Assembly (NCBI RefSeq): GCF_006345805.1
Contig: NC_042998.1
Location: forward strand, 107,446,001-107,510,000
DNA: 64,000 bases
Direction of reading: 5' to 3'
Source: Octopus sinensis
Lineage: Eukaryota
Part shown: positions 62,640-64,000 of the stretch, piece by piece
Position numbering within the stretch: position 1 is the first letter of the stretch
Layout of the letters: each line of letters starts with the position of its first letter
Notes under the pieces: generated by a model
Told to the model about the DNA's origin: nothing
The model's database searches: none
What the model saw: the letters and a program-made list of their open reading frames with translations, nothing else
Translations under genes and position numbers: made by a program

Positions 62640-63620
62640 TTACCTCTGCTAATGACAAAAGGCCTCTTGCTCAGAGTAAAAAGTAGACTGTATGATGCAT
62701 ATGTGTGAACAGCAATGCTACATGGCAGTGAAACATGGGCTGTGACTGCTGAGGACATGCATAAGCTTGCAAGGAATGAAGTAGTATGCTTTGCTGGATG
62801 TGTAATGTCAGTGTGCATATACAACAGAGTGTAAGCTCCCTGAGGAAAAAGTTGAATATAAGAAGCATCAGATGTGGTGTGCAAGAGAGACAACTGCACG
62901 GGTATGGTCATGTGTTGTGTTTGGATGAGGACAGCTGTGTGAAAAAGTGTCACACCCTAGCAGTAGAGGGAACCTGTGGAAAAGGTAGACCCAGGAAGCC
63001 ATGGGATGAGGTAGTGAAGCACAACCTTCAAACGTTGGGTCTCACTGAGGTGATGACAAGTAACCGAAACCTTTGGAGATATGCTGTGCTTGAGAAGACT
63101 TGGCAAGCCAAGTGAGACCGTGGCTTATGCCAGTGCAGCATAACTAGTGGGTTGGAAGAGCAAATCTTGGGCAATAAACTGTGCTTATGAAGACCTGTTG
63201 AGTCAAGTGAAGTCATTGTGGCTGATGACATTACTGCCTGATAAGCACCTGTGCTGTTGGCATGCAAGAAAGCACCATTTGAGTGTGGTCAGTACCAGTA
63301 CTGGCTGACTGGTCCCAAGCCGGTGGCACATAAAACACACCATTTAAGTATAGTCATTGCCTGTGCCGCCTGACTAGCTTCTGTGCTGGTGGCATGTAAA
63401 AATCACCATTCAAGTGTGGTCGATGCCAGTATTGCGTGACTGGCCCTTGTGCCAGTGGCACGTAAAAAGTACCTACTACACTCTCGGAGTGGTTGGCATT
63501 TAGAAGGGCATCCAGCTGTAGAAACTTTGCCAGATCGGATTGGAGCCTAGTCCAGCTTTCTGGCTTACCAGCCCTCAGTCAAATTGTCCAACCCATGCCA
63601 GCATAGAAAGCAGATGTTAA
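62640..63620 (+). mobile_element. RTE LINE 3' end and repeat tail
   Basis: ORF 62786..63115 is near-identical to 49598..49930; same repeated 3' UTR. Confidence 0.88.
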
Positions 63621-64000
63621 ACGATGATGATGATGATGCACTTTTCTTATTCTTTTTGTTTCTGTTATTGTTGATGATGCTGTTGCGTGTTTCATATAAC
63701 TTATTACTGACATTCTCAATCTTTTTGCTGTTGGTCTTGTTGATGTTGATATTTTTATTTTCTTCACCTATTTCCCTTCTTGTTATATTGTTGTTAGCAC
63801 TATTTTTAGTGTTGTATCTACCGTTTGTCGATAGTGACGAATTTATTATTGTTTATAATGGTGTTGTTTTTTTCTGCCTCACTGCTATGTCACACCATAT
63901 CATTGCTGGTGTTGTCAAAGTTTACACTTACACATTCGTTAATTTCTAATGAAATCTCCAGAAAAAAACAACATTTTGCTTTGACAAGCAAAAGTTTCAA

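Noticed and set aside
63584-63949. 121-aa Leu-rich ORF resembling a membrane protein
   Set aside because: Arises from decayed (TTG/TTA/GAT)n simple repeats next to a SINE tail

Overview
AT-rich, microsatellite- and transposon-rich eukaryotic genomic DNA. The SINE and LINE families look like those of Octopus or a related coleoid; this is recalled, not searched. The main feature is a complete 15-exon SRRM1/SRm160 gene on the minus strand (ATG 40175, stop 6250, 3120 nt = 1039 aa). All splice phases are consistent. It has an N-terminal PWI domain, RS/SP repeats, a poly-K/H tract and the C-terminal LEQLLREKAL motif. Its introns hold several unannotated exon-like segments with strong splice sites that would introduce premature stops, which suggests a layered poison-exon (AS-NMD) or intronic-polyadenylation control system. 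Intron 1 holds a near-intact type I minimal hammerhead ribozyme (antisense) and a pre-miRNA-like hairpin (sense). Upstream of the gene (41.6-48.7 kb) is a cluster of Penelope-like relics with a near-perfect 600-bp fold-back palindrome. Other elements: mariner DD34D, Tc1/TRT DD37E, hAT, piggyBac-like and Tc1-like MITEs, RTE, Tx1/L1, CR1 and L2/Jockey relics, and many tRNA-derived SINEs. A probable + strand gene begins near 54-55.7 kb, and a possible + strand last exon lies near 3 kb. No CRISPR array, rRNA or true tRNA gene was seen.
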